64,000 nucleotides of DNA from an uncultured bacterium (GCA_963749495.1 CAVVMW010000023.1:160001-224000), one strand, 5' to 3'. Positions 40,197 to 51,200 are shown, numbered from the stretch's first letter. Translations and numbers: made by a program. The notes: generated from the sequence alone by a model not told the origin.

Positions 40197-42413
40197 TCAA
40201 TGCGTCAGGCGGGTGACCATGGCGTAGAGGATGAGCAGGAGCAGGATGACGCCCAGGCCGAAGAAGAAGTAGCCGAAGGAGCGGGCGATGGTCTTCCAGC
40301 GCAGCCACTCGTCGCGGACGCGGAAGTCATCGAGGCGGCCTTCTGCGACGAGGCGGTCGTACCAGCGGCGGCGCTCGTGGAGCATCTCGTTTTTGGAGAC
40401 GCGGCCCGAGAAGATGACGGTGTCCATCGGGAATTTCTCGATGCGGAAGTGGGTGTTGAAGAAATGGATCGAGAAGATGAAGCCGGCAGCCAGCAGGGCC
40501 TCGTCCGAGTGGATGAGGAGGGCCACGTTGATGACCCAGCCGGGGAAGAAGCGTGTGAAGAAAGTGGGGAACCACATGATGAGGCCCGAGGCGCCGATGA
40601 TGGCCACGCCCCAGAAGACGGCGAAGTAGTCGAACTTCTCCCAATAGGTCCAGCGGTCGAACTGGGGCCTGGGGCCTTTGCCGAAGAACCACTTGTTGTG
40701 GGCGATGAAATCGCGCCAGTCCTGCCACGTCGGGATCATGGAGTCGGGTCCGAAGAGGATGGCCCAGACGCGTTTGAGGCAGAGGCGGCCGGTCTTGGGG
40801 TCGCGGAGCTGGCGGCGGCCGGTCCAGCTCTTGCGGAGGAGGTTGGCGAGGTGGAGCCCGAAGTAGAGGAAGGTGACGAGCGCCCCCAGCCGGTGCAGGG
40901 CGCGGGCGGTCTCGGCGCCGCCGATGACGTCGAACATGGCCTTTGCCCAATCGGTGTAGTAGAACTTGAGGGGCATGCCGGTGATGACCAGCAGCAGGAA
41001 GCTGCTGACCACCAGGAAGTGGAGGAACCGCTCGAAGGGCTCGAAGCGGGTGAACCACTCGCCGCCGACCTGGCTGTTGGTCTTGGCCTCGCGGAACTGC
41101 TTGGAGTCGTGCCAATAGAGGTAGCCAGTGCGGAAGAGCCAGGCGCCGGTGTGCCCGCCAAAGAAGGCAAAGACGCCCACCAGGAGCGCGGTCATGAAGA
41201 GGAACGTGCCGTGCAGGAGCGGGTTGCTCTTGCCATCCAGCGGGTTGGCGTGGGGTTTGTACTGGGTGAAGCGCATTGTGGCCGCCGGGTGGCACTGTTG
41301 GCAGGTGGCCAGGATGTGTTGCCGGGACAGGCGCGAATTGGGGTTGGAGGGAGGCAGCACGTCGTGATGGCCGTGGCAGTCGTAGCAGGCGGCCACGTCC
41401 GAGGCGACGCTCGGTTTGCCCAGGGCCATGGCCTTGCCGTGGTAGGTGTCGCGATAGTGCGCCAGGCGGTCCTGGTGGCATTTGCCGCAGACCTGGTCGC
41501 TGGCCATCTTGAAATGACCGTTCCTGGGGGTCTCGATCTGGTGCGCAGTGTGGCAATCGGAGCACACCGGGGCGTGTTTATCGGTCTGGCCGATGAGTTT
41601 TCCGTGGACGCTCTGGCGGTAGGTCTGCTCGATCTTGACATGGCACTTGCCGCAGGTCCTGGCGATGTTGGCGGCGTTGATGGGCGAGTCCCGGTCCACG
41701 GCGCGCTTGATGTCATGGACGCCGTGGCAATCGTTGCAGGAGGGGGCGACGATCAACCCCATCTTGAGCAGGGCGCGGCCGTGAATGCTCTCCATGTACT
41801 GTCTGGCCGCCTCCGGGTATTTTATCTGGTACTCTTTGGTGAGCCCGGGATTGCTGTGGCAGGAGGCGCAGGTGCCCGGCAGGTTGAGCTTGAAGACCGG
41901 GGAGTCGGCGTGCTTGGCGGACAGGATGGCGTGGGTGCCATGGCAATCGGTGCAGCCGGCGGCGCCGGAGGCGCCCAGGGTATGGCTCGCGCCATGAATG
42001 CTGGTGGCATAGTCGCGCGCGGGCTGCACGTGGCAGGCCGCGCAATTGACCGGCTTGGCGGCCACATTGTCGTCGGGGTGCTTGTCCGAGATATCGGGAT
42101 GGCAGCTCGAGCAGGTGTTGGTCTTGTGAACCGTCGCGGCAAGCCGGGCTTGGTCCACGAAGAGCGAGATCTCCTTGCCGGCGGCATTGGTCTTGGTGAG
42201 GGTCTTGTCGGAGTGGCATTCCAGGCAGGCGCTGTTGGGCCCCTTGTCGGCCGCCAGGCTCGAAAGCGCTCCCAGCCCCGGCCCCAGGCCAAGGCAGGCC
42301 AGCAGGGCCAGACTCCCCAGGGCCTGGAGGGTGCGGGCGCGGCCAAAGCGCCTGGGGCGAGGGCATCCGGACCGGCGAGCCGGCCCGGCTTCGGGCTTTG
42401 TTGAATCAGACAT
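40197..42413 (-). CDS. Multihaem cytochrome c (11 CxxCH) fused to a cytochrome b (FdnI/HydC-like) domain; CbcL-like
   Basis: 11 CxxCH with SIHG/SVHG spacers; RF...ERFLH, ITGMPLKF, Y.EKFDYFAVFWG, IHSDEALLA. Confidence 0.88.
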   Translation of the reverse strand: MSDSTKPEAGPARRSGCPRPRRFGRARTLQALGSLALLACLGLGPGLGALSSLAADKGPNSACLECHSDKTLTKTNAAGKEISLFVDQARLAATVHKTNTCSSCHPDISDKHPDDNVAAKPVNCAACHVQPARDYATSIHGASHTLGASGAAGCTDCHGTHAILSAKHADSPVFKLNLPGTCASCHSNPGLTKEYQIKYPEAARQYMESIHGRALLKMGLIVAPSCNDCHGVHDIKRAVDRDSPINAANIARTCGKCHVKIEQTYRQSVHGKLIGQTDKHAPVCSDCHTAHQIETPRNGHFKMASDQVCGKCHQDRLAHYRDTYHGKAMALGKPSVASDVAACYDCHGHHDVLPPSNPNSRLSRQHILATCQQCHPAATMRFTQYKPHANPLDGKSNPLLHGTFLFMTALLVGVFAFFGGHTGAWLFRTGYLYWHDSKQFREAKTNSQVGGEWFTRFEPFERFLHFLVVSSFLLLVITGMPLKFYYTDWAKAMFDVIGGAETARALHRLGALVTFLYFGLHLANLLRKSWTGRRQLRDPKTGRLCLKRVWAILFGPDSMIPTWQDWRDFIAHNKWFFGKGPRPQFDRWTYWEKFDYFAVFWGVAIIGASGLIMWFPTFFTRFFPGWVINVALLIHSDEALLAAGFIFSIHFFNTHFRIEKFPMDTVIFSGRVSKNEMLHERRRWYDRLVAEGRLDDFRVRDEWLRWKTIARSFGYFFFGLGVILLLLILYAMVTRLTH

Positions 42414-42464
42414 CGTGGATTTCAGATTTCAAATTTCAAATGGCCGGCTGCGCCGGACGGCGTC

Positions 42465-43943
42465 CTAAAGCGCACCATTGTGGCAATCGGTGCAGGCGCC
42501 ATCGACTTCGTCGCCCGGGTGTTTGAATTTCTGGCCCTTGGGTGTGAGTTGCTCCAGTTCGTCGCCGCTGCCCTGGGCCAGGATGGTGTGGCAGGCGTTG
42601 CAGTCATTGGCCTTGATAGTGCGCTTGCCGTCGGCGGTGGTGTGCTGGCCGTCGTGACAGCGGAAACAGCCCGGCCAGTCCTGGTGGCCGATGTTGTCCG
42701 GATAGACCCTCCAGTCGGCCTTCATTTCGGGGAAGAAATTGTCCTGGTAGATCAGTTGGATCGCCTTGATGGCCCTGTGGAGGCGGGGGTCGTCGGGGTA
42801 GCGCGAGGAGAGAAAGGTGGCGATGCCTTCGAGGGCCTGGGTGGAGTTGGTGAAGGGCCGGGTCAGGGCGTAGAGGGCGTTGGTCTTGATGTAGGGCAGC
42901 GAGCGGTCGAGGTTGGTCAGTGCGATGGCGAGGTTGACGGCGGTGTCGGGGGTTTGGTAGCGGTGCGCCGGCCGGTTGTGGCAGTCCATGCAGTCCATGC
43001 GGCGGATGGCCGCCTGGTCCACGGCATTGGTGAATTTGGGCGAGCGGAACTCGCTCACCACGCCCTGTTCCAGGTCCGTCACCCGGACCCAGGGGATCTT
43101 CTGCCGGCGGTCGTCGGCGAGGTACTCGATGCGGTTGCCCACGTTCATGTGCCAATGGATGCCCTCCAGCGGGCCGTGGGTCGGGTCGCCCCCGCCCACC
43201 TTGAGCAGCATCCGCACCGTGAACGGCGTGTTGGTCTCGTCGCCTAGAAAATAGGAATACGTCCGCTCGACGTCGCCGACGAATTTTTTGGGCCAATGGC
43301 ATTCCTCGCAGGTCTCCTGGGCGGGCCGCAGGTTGGTGATCGGTGTCTTGATCGGTTGAGGGTACTTGTGGGTGAGGGTGGCATAGACCTGGTAGGTGCC
43401 GGAGAGCTTCGAGCGGACGTACCAGGCGGCGCCCTTGCCGATGTGGCACTCCGCGCAGGCCACGCGGGCATGGGGCGAATGGCGATAGGTGACCAACTCC
43501 GGTTTCATCACCTCGTGGCAGGCCTCGCCGCAGAAGGGGACCGATTCGGTGAAACGATAGGTCTGGTAGCTGCCCACCGCGCTGATGAACAGGAACGCGA
43601 CGCCCCCCGCCAGAAACAGACCGAAGAGTTTCCGGTCGCGCGGGCGCGTCAGATCGATGCGCAAGGGCGGCGGGGCCCCGGCCGTGCGGGCGATCTGCCG
43701 CCGCCGCCGCCAGGCGCCCAGCGCGCCCAGGCACAGGCCGGCCATCAGGAACGCCGGGGCCACCAGGTAGGTCAGGATGCCGATGTAGGGGTTGGCCGAA
43801 CGAGCCAGCGCATCCACCAGCAGCAGCAGCGCGAACGAGAACACGCTCCCCACCATCACCACCAGACCGGTCAGACTCAGCCAGTTGCGAAAGATCGACG
43901 AGCGGTGCGGGTCCGGCGGCGGAGAGGAGACTTCAGAATTCAT
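42465..43943 (-). CDS. NapC/NirT-family membrane multihaem cytochrome; ImcH-like (6 CxxCH + 1 CxxxCH)
   Basis: Three N-terminal TM helices, NPY.GI, FCGEACH, SPHARVAC.ECH, LRPA.ETCE.CHWP, GIHWH, MDC.DCHNRP.H, GCFRCH. Confidence 0.88.
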   Translation of the reverse strand: MNSEVSSPPPDPHRSSIFRNWLSLTGLVVMVGSVFSFALLLLVDALARSANPYIGILTYLVAPAFLMAGLCLGALGAWRRRRQIARTAGAPPPLRIDLTRPRDRKLFGLFLAGGVAFLFISAVGSYQTYRFTESVPFCGEACHEVMKPELVTYRHSPHARVACAECHIGKGAAWYVRSKLSGTYQVYATLTHKYPQPIKTPITNLRPAQETCEECHWPKKFVGDVERTYSYFLGDETNTPFTVRMLLKVGGGDPTHGPLEGIHWHMNVGNRIEYLADDRRQKIPWVRVTDLEQGVVSEFRSPKFTNAVDQAAIRRMDCMDCHNRPAHRYQTPDTAVNLAIALTNLDRSLPYIKTNALYALTRPFTNSTQALEGIATFLSSRYPDDPRLHRAIKAIQLIYQDNFFPEMKADWRVYPDNIGHQDWPGCFRCHDGQHTTADGKRTIKANDCNACHTILAQGSGDELEQLTPKGQKFKHPGDEVDGACTDCHNGAL

Positions 43944-44085
43944 GGTGCGAAAAACAACATAGCGGAACTGGCGGCAGGGTAGTCAAGGTTCAGACTCCGG
44001 TCTGCAGGTTCCAACCGAGGATCACGCCCCGGAAACCGCGCGGCTCATCCAGCCCGCCGTCCCGGGGCGCGACATCGCCACCGGC

Positions 44086-44418
44086 CTACTTCTTCTTGAA
44101 GGTCCGCATGTGCGCGATGACGGCCTTGACGTCGCTGTCCGACAGGTCCTCGGCCGGTTTCATCACTTCCTTGCCTTCCTTGTCCTTGTAGCCCTTCTTG
44201 ACGGCCTTGATGGCGTCCTCGTCCTTGAGGTCATCCTGCACCTTGGCGCTGGTGTAGTCCTTGGCCCCCTGCTTCTTGCCCATCTTGGTCTCGCCTTTGC
44301 CGTCGGGCCCATGGCACTTGGCGCACTGCTTCTCGTAGAGGGCCTTCCCATCGGCGGCAACGGCTGAGAGGGCCCCGGCAGCCAGGACCGCAACGGAGAG
44401 TATGATTATTTTCTTCAT
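44086..44418 (-). CDS. Periplasmic monohaem class I cytochrome c
   Basis: Signal peptide, CAKCHG.DGKG, distal Met (VMKP); Lys-rich. Confidence 0.92.
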   Translation of the reverse strand: MKKIIILSVAVLAAGALSAVAADGKALYEKQCAKCHGPDGKGETKMGKKQGAKDYTSAKVQDDLKDEDAIKAVKKGYKDKEGKEVMKPAEDLSDSDVKAVIAHMRTFKKK

Positions 44419-44726
44419 GCGTATTCTGTTCTTGTTTGTTCTCGGGGCGCCGCCAGCGCCCCGTCGAGGGACCGGCGCCATCAGACTCCGGCCCGGACCG
44501 CAGGCAACCGGACCAGCCGGGGCGCCGGTTCCCGCGCGACACGTTAGCGCCCGTGATAGGCATTCTCAGTGAACCTTCCAGTATCAGCTTTTCAAATATT
44601 GCTAAAGACTAAACATTTTTTGGCACGTTCCGTTCGCATCCCGCCGCCAAAGGCATTGGCACAAGATGTAGATCAACTCATTTTTGCTGCCGTTTGAACA
44701 ACATCTACTTTCAATCCGGGACTTGC

Positions 44727-44900
44727 GGGCGTATCCCGACACCGCCCCCACCGGCTGCGGCGAGCAGGGAGTGCGCCCGTCCTCGGGCGCAGCGCCGTCC
44801 GGAGCCAGGGCAGCGGTCAAACACTCCAGCGCGCCTGCCAGCTCCGTCGCTGCTGCGCCCGAGGACGGGCGCACTCCGGGGCAGGGTCGCGATGCGCTCG
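44727..44900. repeat. REP element GGAGTGCGCCCGTCC(T/C)CGGGCGCAGC with outer IR, copy 1
   Basis: 110-bp core 44768-44877 with perfect arms; inverted copy with homologous spacer at 51408-51517. Confidence 0.88.
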
Positions 44901-44967
44901 GAACCTGCCGCGGCCCATTTCGGATCTTGAACCCCCGGTCCGGGTGCTCTTACATGGGCCTGTCATT

Positions 44968-45660
44968 ATGGCCCGCACGCCCATGCACCCGCTGGCCGAG
45001 CAGCCGCTGGACCGGCTGCCCGGCAGGCCGCAATGCTCGCTGCCGGCCTGGGATCGCACGTATCTCAACGCCCTGATGCTGGAGAACTCGCTGCGCCAGT
45101 GCGCGCCTTGCGTCAAGGGCAGGCTCCTGGACGTCGGGTGCGGGCGCCGCCCGTACCAGCACAGCTTTTTCGCCGCCGCCAGCCAGTACATCGGCGTGGA
45201 CTTCCTCCTGGACCGCTCGGAGCCGGACGTGGTTTGCTCGGCCCTGGGATTGCCGTTCGCGGCGGACGCCTTTGACACGGTGGTTAGCACCGAGGTGCTG
45301 GAGCACGTGCCGGACCCGCTCCTGGCCTTGCGCGAGATGCGCCGCGTGCTCAAGCCCGGCGGCTGCCTCATCCTCAGCACCCCCATGTACTGGCCGCGCC
45401 ATGATGTGCCCTGCGACTTCTTCCGCTACCCCTACGACGGCCTCCTGCACCTGGTCAACGAGAGCGGCCTCCAACTGACCCGCCTCTTCAACCGCGGCCG
45501 CTCCTATGCCTTCCTGGGCCAGGTCGTCCAACACGTCCACCCCATCCCAGGCCGCGCGGCCTCCTGGCTCATCAACCGCTTCTTCCTCTGGTGCGACCGG
45601 CGGCTCAAGCACGATGCGCTCACTCTGGGGTGGACCCTCGTTGCCAAAAAGACGGAATAG
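44968..45660 (+). CDS. Class I SAM-dependent methyltransferase
   Basis: LLDVGCG, YIGVD, LPF....FD, EVLEHV..P, RVLKPGG. Confidence 0.9.
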   Translation: MARTPMHPLAEQPLDRLPGRPQCSLPAWDRTYLNALMLENSLRQCAPCVKGRLLDVGCGRRPYQHSFFAAASQYIGVDFLLDRSEPDVVCSALGLPFAADAFDTVVSTEVLEHVPDPLLALREMRRVLKPGGCLILSTPMYWPRHDVPCDFFRYPYDGLLHLVNESGLQLTRLFNRGRSYAFLGQVVQHVHPIPGRAASWLINRFFLWCDRRLKHDALTLGWTLVAKKTE

Positions 45661-45792
45661 GCCGATGATCTTTGGCTTTCTCCTTTCATCTCCGTTGGAC
45701 TTGCTGTGCCGGTAGATTTCCGCATACTGCGGCAATGAAGGCTTGCGTATGGTAGAGTTCGCAGAGAGAGAAAAGAGCAGAGCAAAGGCATT

Positions 45793-46011
45793 ATGAAGTA
45801 CACTGGCAAAATAAGGGGCGGAGTGGTGGTGCTGGAGGGCGCGCCGCCACTCAAAGAGGGGACCATTGTGGCCGTCGAGCCCATTGCGCAGTCTGGCCGA
45901 GCTCCCACATTAGGCCAACGTCTCAAGCGCTTTTCTGGCTCGGCGCGGGGCCTGCCTCGGGACATGGCACAGAACCACGACCATTACCTGCACGGACGGC
46001 CTAGAAAATGA
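45793..46011 (+). CDS. Antitoxin of a VapBC-type pair
   Basis: G.I.GGVVVL...L.EGT.V.V N-terminus and LP.D.A.NHDHYL.G C-terminus; 4-bp overlap with the PIN gene. Confidence 0.8.
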   Translation: MKYTGKIRGGVVVLEGAPPLKEGTIVAVEPIAQSGRAPTLGQRLKRFSGSARGLPRDMAQNHDHYLHGRPRK

Positions 46012-46418
46012 AGCGTCTGTTTGCAGACACGTTTTTCTTTTTCGCCTACCTGAACGCCGAGGATGGCGCCCATCAAACAGCCGCCCAGTACTTCGACAAC
46101 TTCGACGGCCATATCATAACGACCGAGTGGGTGCTGACCGAACTGGCGGACGGGATGGCAGGAATTGGCGACCGTGAAACGTTCGCCGAGTTCTATGAGG
46201 CGCTCCGTTCCGATCCGTCTGTTACGATCGTCCCTTCCGGCTCCAAGCTCTTTGCCGAGGGCCTCGAACTTTACTCAAGCAGGAAGGACAAGGAGTGGAC
46301 GTTAACGGATTGTACCTCGTTCATCGTGATGAAGCGCGAGCGGCTGGATGATGCCCTGACGGGCGATCATCATTTCAGACAGGCCGGCTTCACCGTTCTG
46401 TTGAGTTCATCGAGTTGA
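46008..46418 (+). CDS. vapC: PIN-domain VapC toxin
   Basis: FADT, TT..VL.E, LTDC.SF, LTGD.HF. Confidence 0.9.
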   Translation: MKRLFADTFFFFAYLNAEDGAHQTAAQYFDNFDGHIITTEWVLTELADGMAGIGDRETFAEFYEALRSDPSVTIVPSGSKLFAEGLELYSSRKDKEWTLTDCTSFIVMKRERLDDALTGDHHFRQAGFTVLLSSSS

Positions 46419-46451
46419 CACCCGCTCCCTGGCTCGACGGTTGAGTGCTTG

Positions 46452-46566
46452 GCGCTGGCAGATCGGATCCCGTGTTCAGGCGTCGCTACGCGACGCGGGG
46501 AATGTTCGGCCGTAGATCCGTGGACTGGAAGTCCACGGCTACCTTCACGCACCGCTACGCGGTGAC
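46452..46566. repeat. REP unit (CCGTGGACTGGAAGTCCACGG family)
   Basis: Collinear with 6641-6755. Confidence 0.85.
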
Positions 46567-48051
46567 TCAACGTTGCTGCTTTTCCTGCCGAGGCTCCGCA
46601 AACAGCCCTAGCTCCGCCAGGGCCGGGCAAACCGGGGCTTGGGTGATCCGCAGCCGGACCTTGTCCGTCGTGATGGATTCGCCCCGGACAAGGCGCTTAT
46701 GGCCGATGCTGGTGCCTCTGGCAAATTCCACCCATTGGCCGTCTTTCCACTGGTCCAGTCCGAAGGCCTCGATGCGCTGGCCCAGCGGCAGGTATTCCCC
46801 CAGGCTCACCACGTTGAACGTGACGGGGCGGCCCAAATCGATGACCAACTCCGGCGTCGTCACTCCATCGTCCGTGGACCAATAGGCCTCTTTGTTCCCG
46901 GCCAGGAGATTGTTCGGCGCGAATTGCCTGGCGCCGCCCCGGATGTTGCTGGTGGTGCCCCCGGCGCCGTCCGCTAGGTTCTTGGCGAACGTGGCATCCA
47001 GGATGCGGCGGAATTCGCGGAGCGACTGGCGGTCTTTCTCGCAAATCTGGCCGCGCCGATCCGGCGGGATGTTCAGGTTCAGGCACGCGCCGCGGCCGAC
47101 CGATTTGTAATAGATGTCAAGGAGGCGCGCGGGGCTCTTGACCCTCGCGTCCTCGCTCGCATGATAGAACCAGCCGGGGCGGATCGAGACATCGCACTCG
47201 GCCGGAATCCAGTGTGTGCCGGGACGTTCGCCGGAGGTCAGGCCCTCGCTTGACCCGCCGGGACGGCGCCCTGCGGCGTTCAACGTCGCCCAGCACGGGT
47301 CGCCCGCAATCCCGTTTTCGTTGCCCACCCAGCGGAAGTCCGGCCCCCCATCGCTGAACATCACCGCCCCGGGCATCAGCTCCCGGACCAGCTTCCAGGT
47401 GGTTTCCCAATCGTAATAGGTGCGGTTATCGATGTGCCGCGTCTCGCGTGCCCCGCCGTAATAGCCGCTCCCGCCGTTGGCGCCGTCGAACCAGACGGTG
47501 AAGATGTCGCCGTACTGGGTCAGCAACTCGCGCAGTTGATTGCGGTAGTAGGTGATATACTCGGGCCGGGCGTAGTCCTTGTGGTTGCGGTCCCAGGGCG
47601 AGAGATAGACACCGAACCGCAGCCCGTGCCGCCGGCAGGCCTCCGAGACCTCCTTGACCACGTCCCCTTGGCCCCCGCGCCAAGGGCTGTTCTTGACCGA
47701 GTGTTCCGTATATTGGCTGGGCCAAAGGCAAAAACCGTCGTGATGCTTGGCCGTCAGGATGAGGCCCGTCATCCCGGCCTCCTTGGCGGTCGAGACGATC
47801 TGGTCGGCGTCGAAGGCCGTCGGGTTGAACACCTTCTCGTCTTCGTCCCCCTCGCCCCATTCCTTGTCGGTGAAGGTGTTCACGGTGAAATGGAGGAAGC
47901 CGTAAAACTCCATCTCGTGCCAGCGCATCTGGCGCTGCGTCGGCACCGGCCCGTAAGGCGCCGGGACCGAAACCGTTCCGGCCCGCAACCCGAGGCCGCT
48001 CAAAATCATCCCGAGCGCCAGGCCCCTCAGCAGAACATTCCGTGAAGTCAT
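46567..48051 (-). CDS. Alpha-L-fucosidase (GH29) with C-terminal F5/8-like domain
   Basis: FLHFT.NTF, TAKHHDGFCLW, YLSPWD, WFDGA, RWVGNE.G, ECDVSIRPGWFYH, SVGR. Confidence 0.95.
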   Translation of the reverse strand: MTSRNVLLRGLALGMILSGLGLRAGTVSVPAPYGPVPTQRQMRWHEMEFYGFLHFTVNTFTDKEWGEGDEDEKVFNPTAFDADQIVSTAKEAGMTGLILTAKHHDGFCLWPSQYTEHSVKNSPWRGGQGDVVKEVSEACRRHGLRFGVYLSPWDRNHKDYARPEYITYYRNQLRELLTQYGDIFTVWFDGANGGSGYYGGARETRHIDNRTYYDWETTWKLVRELMPGAVMFSDGGPDFRWVGNENGIAGDPCWATLNAAGRRPGGSSEGLTSGERPGTHWIPAECDVSIRPGWFYHASEDARVKSPARLLDIYYKSVGRGACLNLNIPPDRRGQICEKDRQSLREFRRILDATFAKNLADGAGGTTSNIRGGARQFAPNNLLAGNKEAYWSTDDGVTTPELVIDLGRPVTFNVVSLGEYLPLGQRIEAFGLDQWKDGQWVEFARGTSIGHKRLVRGESITTDKVRLRITQAPVCPALAELGLFAEPRQEKQQR

Positions 48052-48116
48052 AATGGCCTCAGAGTCTCAGTTTTCCCGGCACACCGCAACCGCAGGATGG
48101 CCGAAAGCCGAAATAC

Positions 48117-48266
48117 GCAGAATCATTGCTGACAGAATCATGAGAATAATTCCTCAAAAAATGATTCTGCCACTAATGATTTTGCTTGTTCCCAGCCGCA
48201 AACCCGAAATCAGCAAAATCATTGTTGGCAGAATCATAAGAATAACTTTTCCAAAAATGATTCTGC
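48117..48266. repeat. AT-rich tandem hairpin repeat (CAGAATCAT / ATGATTCTG), two units at 95-bp period
   Basis: GCA(G/A)AATCATTG.TG.CAGAATCAT.AGAATAA...AAAAATGATTCTGC at 48117 and 48212. Confidence 0.8.
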
Positions 48267-48286
48267 TTGATTCTGGCCGCGGCCCA

Positions 48287-51200
48287 TCACCTAGCCGTGA
48301 CCACGACGGTCTGGTTGAGCCGGGGCGCGGTGGCGGGGAAGCGGACGGGCTGGCCTTGGCCTCGCGTGGGCTCGGCCTGGAGGTAGTACTCGAGGTCGTC
48401 GTTGGCTGCCGGGGGCAGTTCGACCGTATAGACGCCGCGTTCGACATGTTCCAGCGGGAGACGGGCGAAAGAGCGCTGGCCCAGTTTGCGCCAGTAGAGA
48501 GCGGCCTGGCGCGGCGGGGCCTCCGAGAGGACGATGACTTTGAGCCTGAGGGCCTCGTTGGCGGCCAGGCTCGTGCGGAGGGTGGGCACGATGATGCGCA
48601 TCGGGCCGCGATATTCCCGCCCGGGCTGGGCGTCGGCCGGCAGCGGCTCGCCCAGGATTTTGGCCAGTTCCTCGCCGGGCTTGTCGAGCAGGCCGGGCAG
48701 ATTGTGCTGGTTCCAGTTGGCCACCGTGCCCAATTCGCCCGGAGTCGAAACCGTGGCCAGCAGGTGCTCGTACACTACGCCGGCCAGCCGAACGAGCTTC
48801 TGGCGCGCGGGCAGCGCCTGTTGCCGGGCCAGCTTCTGCTGCTCCGCCGCGCCCTTTTCCTGCTTGACCCTTGCGATGATGCGGTTGTAGTCCGCCCAGG
48901 CGCAGTTCAGCTCGCCGATGCCCCGGAAATAAAGGAATGTGTTGAGCCAGTAATCAAACCGCTCGAGGTTGCCCGCGCCCTTGACTTGCGCCCGCAACGC
49001 GGCGAACTCCTCGACAAACGCATAGTCCTTCCGCGCCTGCTCCCAGGCGCGCCCATCGGGGCCAATCCCGCCCGGACCGTCAATCCACACCGACGGCTTG
49101 GGCAGCCTGCCATCGATCCGCTCGAAGATCGCCGCCGCCCCGGCGCCCGCCCCGGGGCCGAACTGGTGCAGCGCCCAGTCCTGGTAGAAATCCTTGGTTG
49201 ATGGCAACACGGCCTGCGGCGCCGGAGCGGCCATGTCCGCGGCGTAGTCGCCGTAAGCGGGGCCGCCGCAATTGATCTTGGTGGCGAAGCCGGTGCCTTC
49301 GACCGCCAGGGCGGCGATGCTCGGGAATTCGATGCGCGGGACGAACTGGATGTCCACCCAGCCGTTGGTGACCGCTACGCCCTCGAACGTGAAATCCAGG
49401 GCGCGGTTCTTGCCGACCCTGCCGAAGATGTCGAGGTTGGTGATGACCGTGTTGCCCTGAAGCTTCACATCGAAGGCGCGTTTGCCTGCGGCATCGTAAT
49501 GGGGCTCGCAAAACTTCAGGGTCACCTTGCACAGGCCGTTGGTCGCCGGGATGTGATAAGCCGAGAGGTTGTAGCGGACCGTCTGGTAGAGCGGGGCGTC
49601 GGTCGTGTCGGCGATGGGGTTGTTGGGAAAGGCGGCGACGGCCCCGCCCTCCGCGCCGGGCGTGTGCGGCGAGCGCGCCGGCGGCAGCGGCGGCTTGTAA
49701 GAGTCCAGCCACGCGCTCTGCTCCCAGGCGGCCTGGGCCAGGGCGCCGATGTTCGGGCCCAGCACGCGCGTGCGCCAGTGGATGCCCATCAGGCCGTCGC
49801 AGCCGTAACGCAAGGCGTCGGCGGCGTCGCGCCGCATCCGGCCCGCCCACAACTGCGGCGAGGTCAGCGCCGGATCATCTTCCAGCCAGGGGATGGCCCA
49901 TTTGGACCGGCCGTTGACCTCGGCGAACCCGGCGTCCACGGGGGTGTAACCCACTTCCCGGTTGATGCAACTCACCGCCACGCCCTTGGGCAGCACCTTG
50001 TCGAACATCGCCCGGTCCTGCTGCGGCCCCAGCACCCACCCGCACGTGGCCAGGGCGAAGCCGGGCGCCACCTTCTTGTGCGCCGCAATGGCCGCCTCCA
50101 AATCGCCCCGCGTCCGGGCGACCTGCTCCTCGCTCACGTTAGACCACGTCCAGTCCTCCGGGGTCCAGAACCAATAGTAATCCAGTGGATAGGCCTGTCC
50201 CGCGCGCTGGAAGATCCCTTCATACAACTCCTGCGTCACCGCCGCGTCGGCCGGGTTGCGGCCCTGGGCCTTGAGCCGCTCCTGGACCCGCTTGGGCACC
50301 ACCAGCGGCGTCTCGGTTCCCACGCACGTCTTGATCCCCAACCGCCGCGCAAAACCGAAGGCCTCGCGCAGCATCGACGCCGTCCGCTCGAACACCTCGT
50401 TGCTCGCCTCAACCGTGGCCGGGGCGGGAATCCACCGCCCCAGGACGTCCGGCCCGAAGGCGTCCCGCTCGAAAAGCCCCGCGCTGCCGAACACGTAGTC
50501 GCCGGTCTTGCGGGGCGCATAACCCCAGTTGCCGCGCAGCGTGTTCTGGTAGCTCGAGGGGTAGCTGAACCGGACCTGGCCGCCCTGGCCGATGTCGCCG
50601 GGCAGCCCGATCCAGACCGTCGGCTCTGCGTTCGGGCGCTCCTCGGGATACGTGTGCAGGCCCAGAAAGTTCATGCGGAGCTTGGCCAATTGCCCGAGGA
50701 TGGCCAGGTAATCGTCCCGGTTCCACCAGTCCGGGCCTTCGGGGAAATCGTGGAAGGGCTGGATGCCGCGCACGGCGAAGAGCGGCGCCGCCCGCTCATC
50801 CAGCGCCGGCATCTGCCAGGACCCCTGCTCGTCGGGGACCACGTCCCCGTGCAGGTAGAACCGCGCGCCGAGCCGCTCCGCGAAACGATAGGCCCCATAG
50901 AGCGTGCCGGCATCATCCCCGCCGACCACCAGCAGCAGCGCCCGCCCCGCCCCCGCCCCGCGCGACAGGCCCCGAGGGAGCGTCTTGAGATAATAACCCT
51001 GCGGCGCCAGGCCCTGGATAGCGGCCGCAACCGGCCCTTCGGCGCCCAGGCCCTCCAGCACCGCCCGGCCCTTGCGCGCCACCAGGATCGCCTCCCCCTT
51101 GCCCCGCAGAGCGTCATCCTCCGAAACGATGGCCGCCACCCGGCCCGTCCGCAGGTAGAGGTAGCGCCGCACCTCGCGCGCCGCCAGTTGCTCCATCCAG

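Noticed and set aside
40167..42404. 745-aa + strand ORF and similar long antisense ORFs (1599-3353, 27621-28952, 49499-51217)
   Set aside because: Shadow or alternate frames of well-supported genes in high-GC DNA; no recognisable motifs
48117..48266. Possible CRISPR array
   Set aside because: Only two units, internally inverted, no unique spacers of constant length, no cas genes
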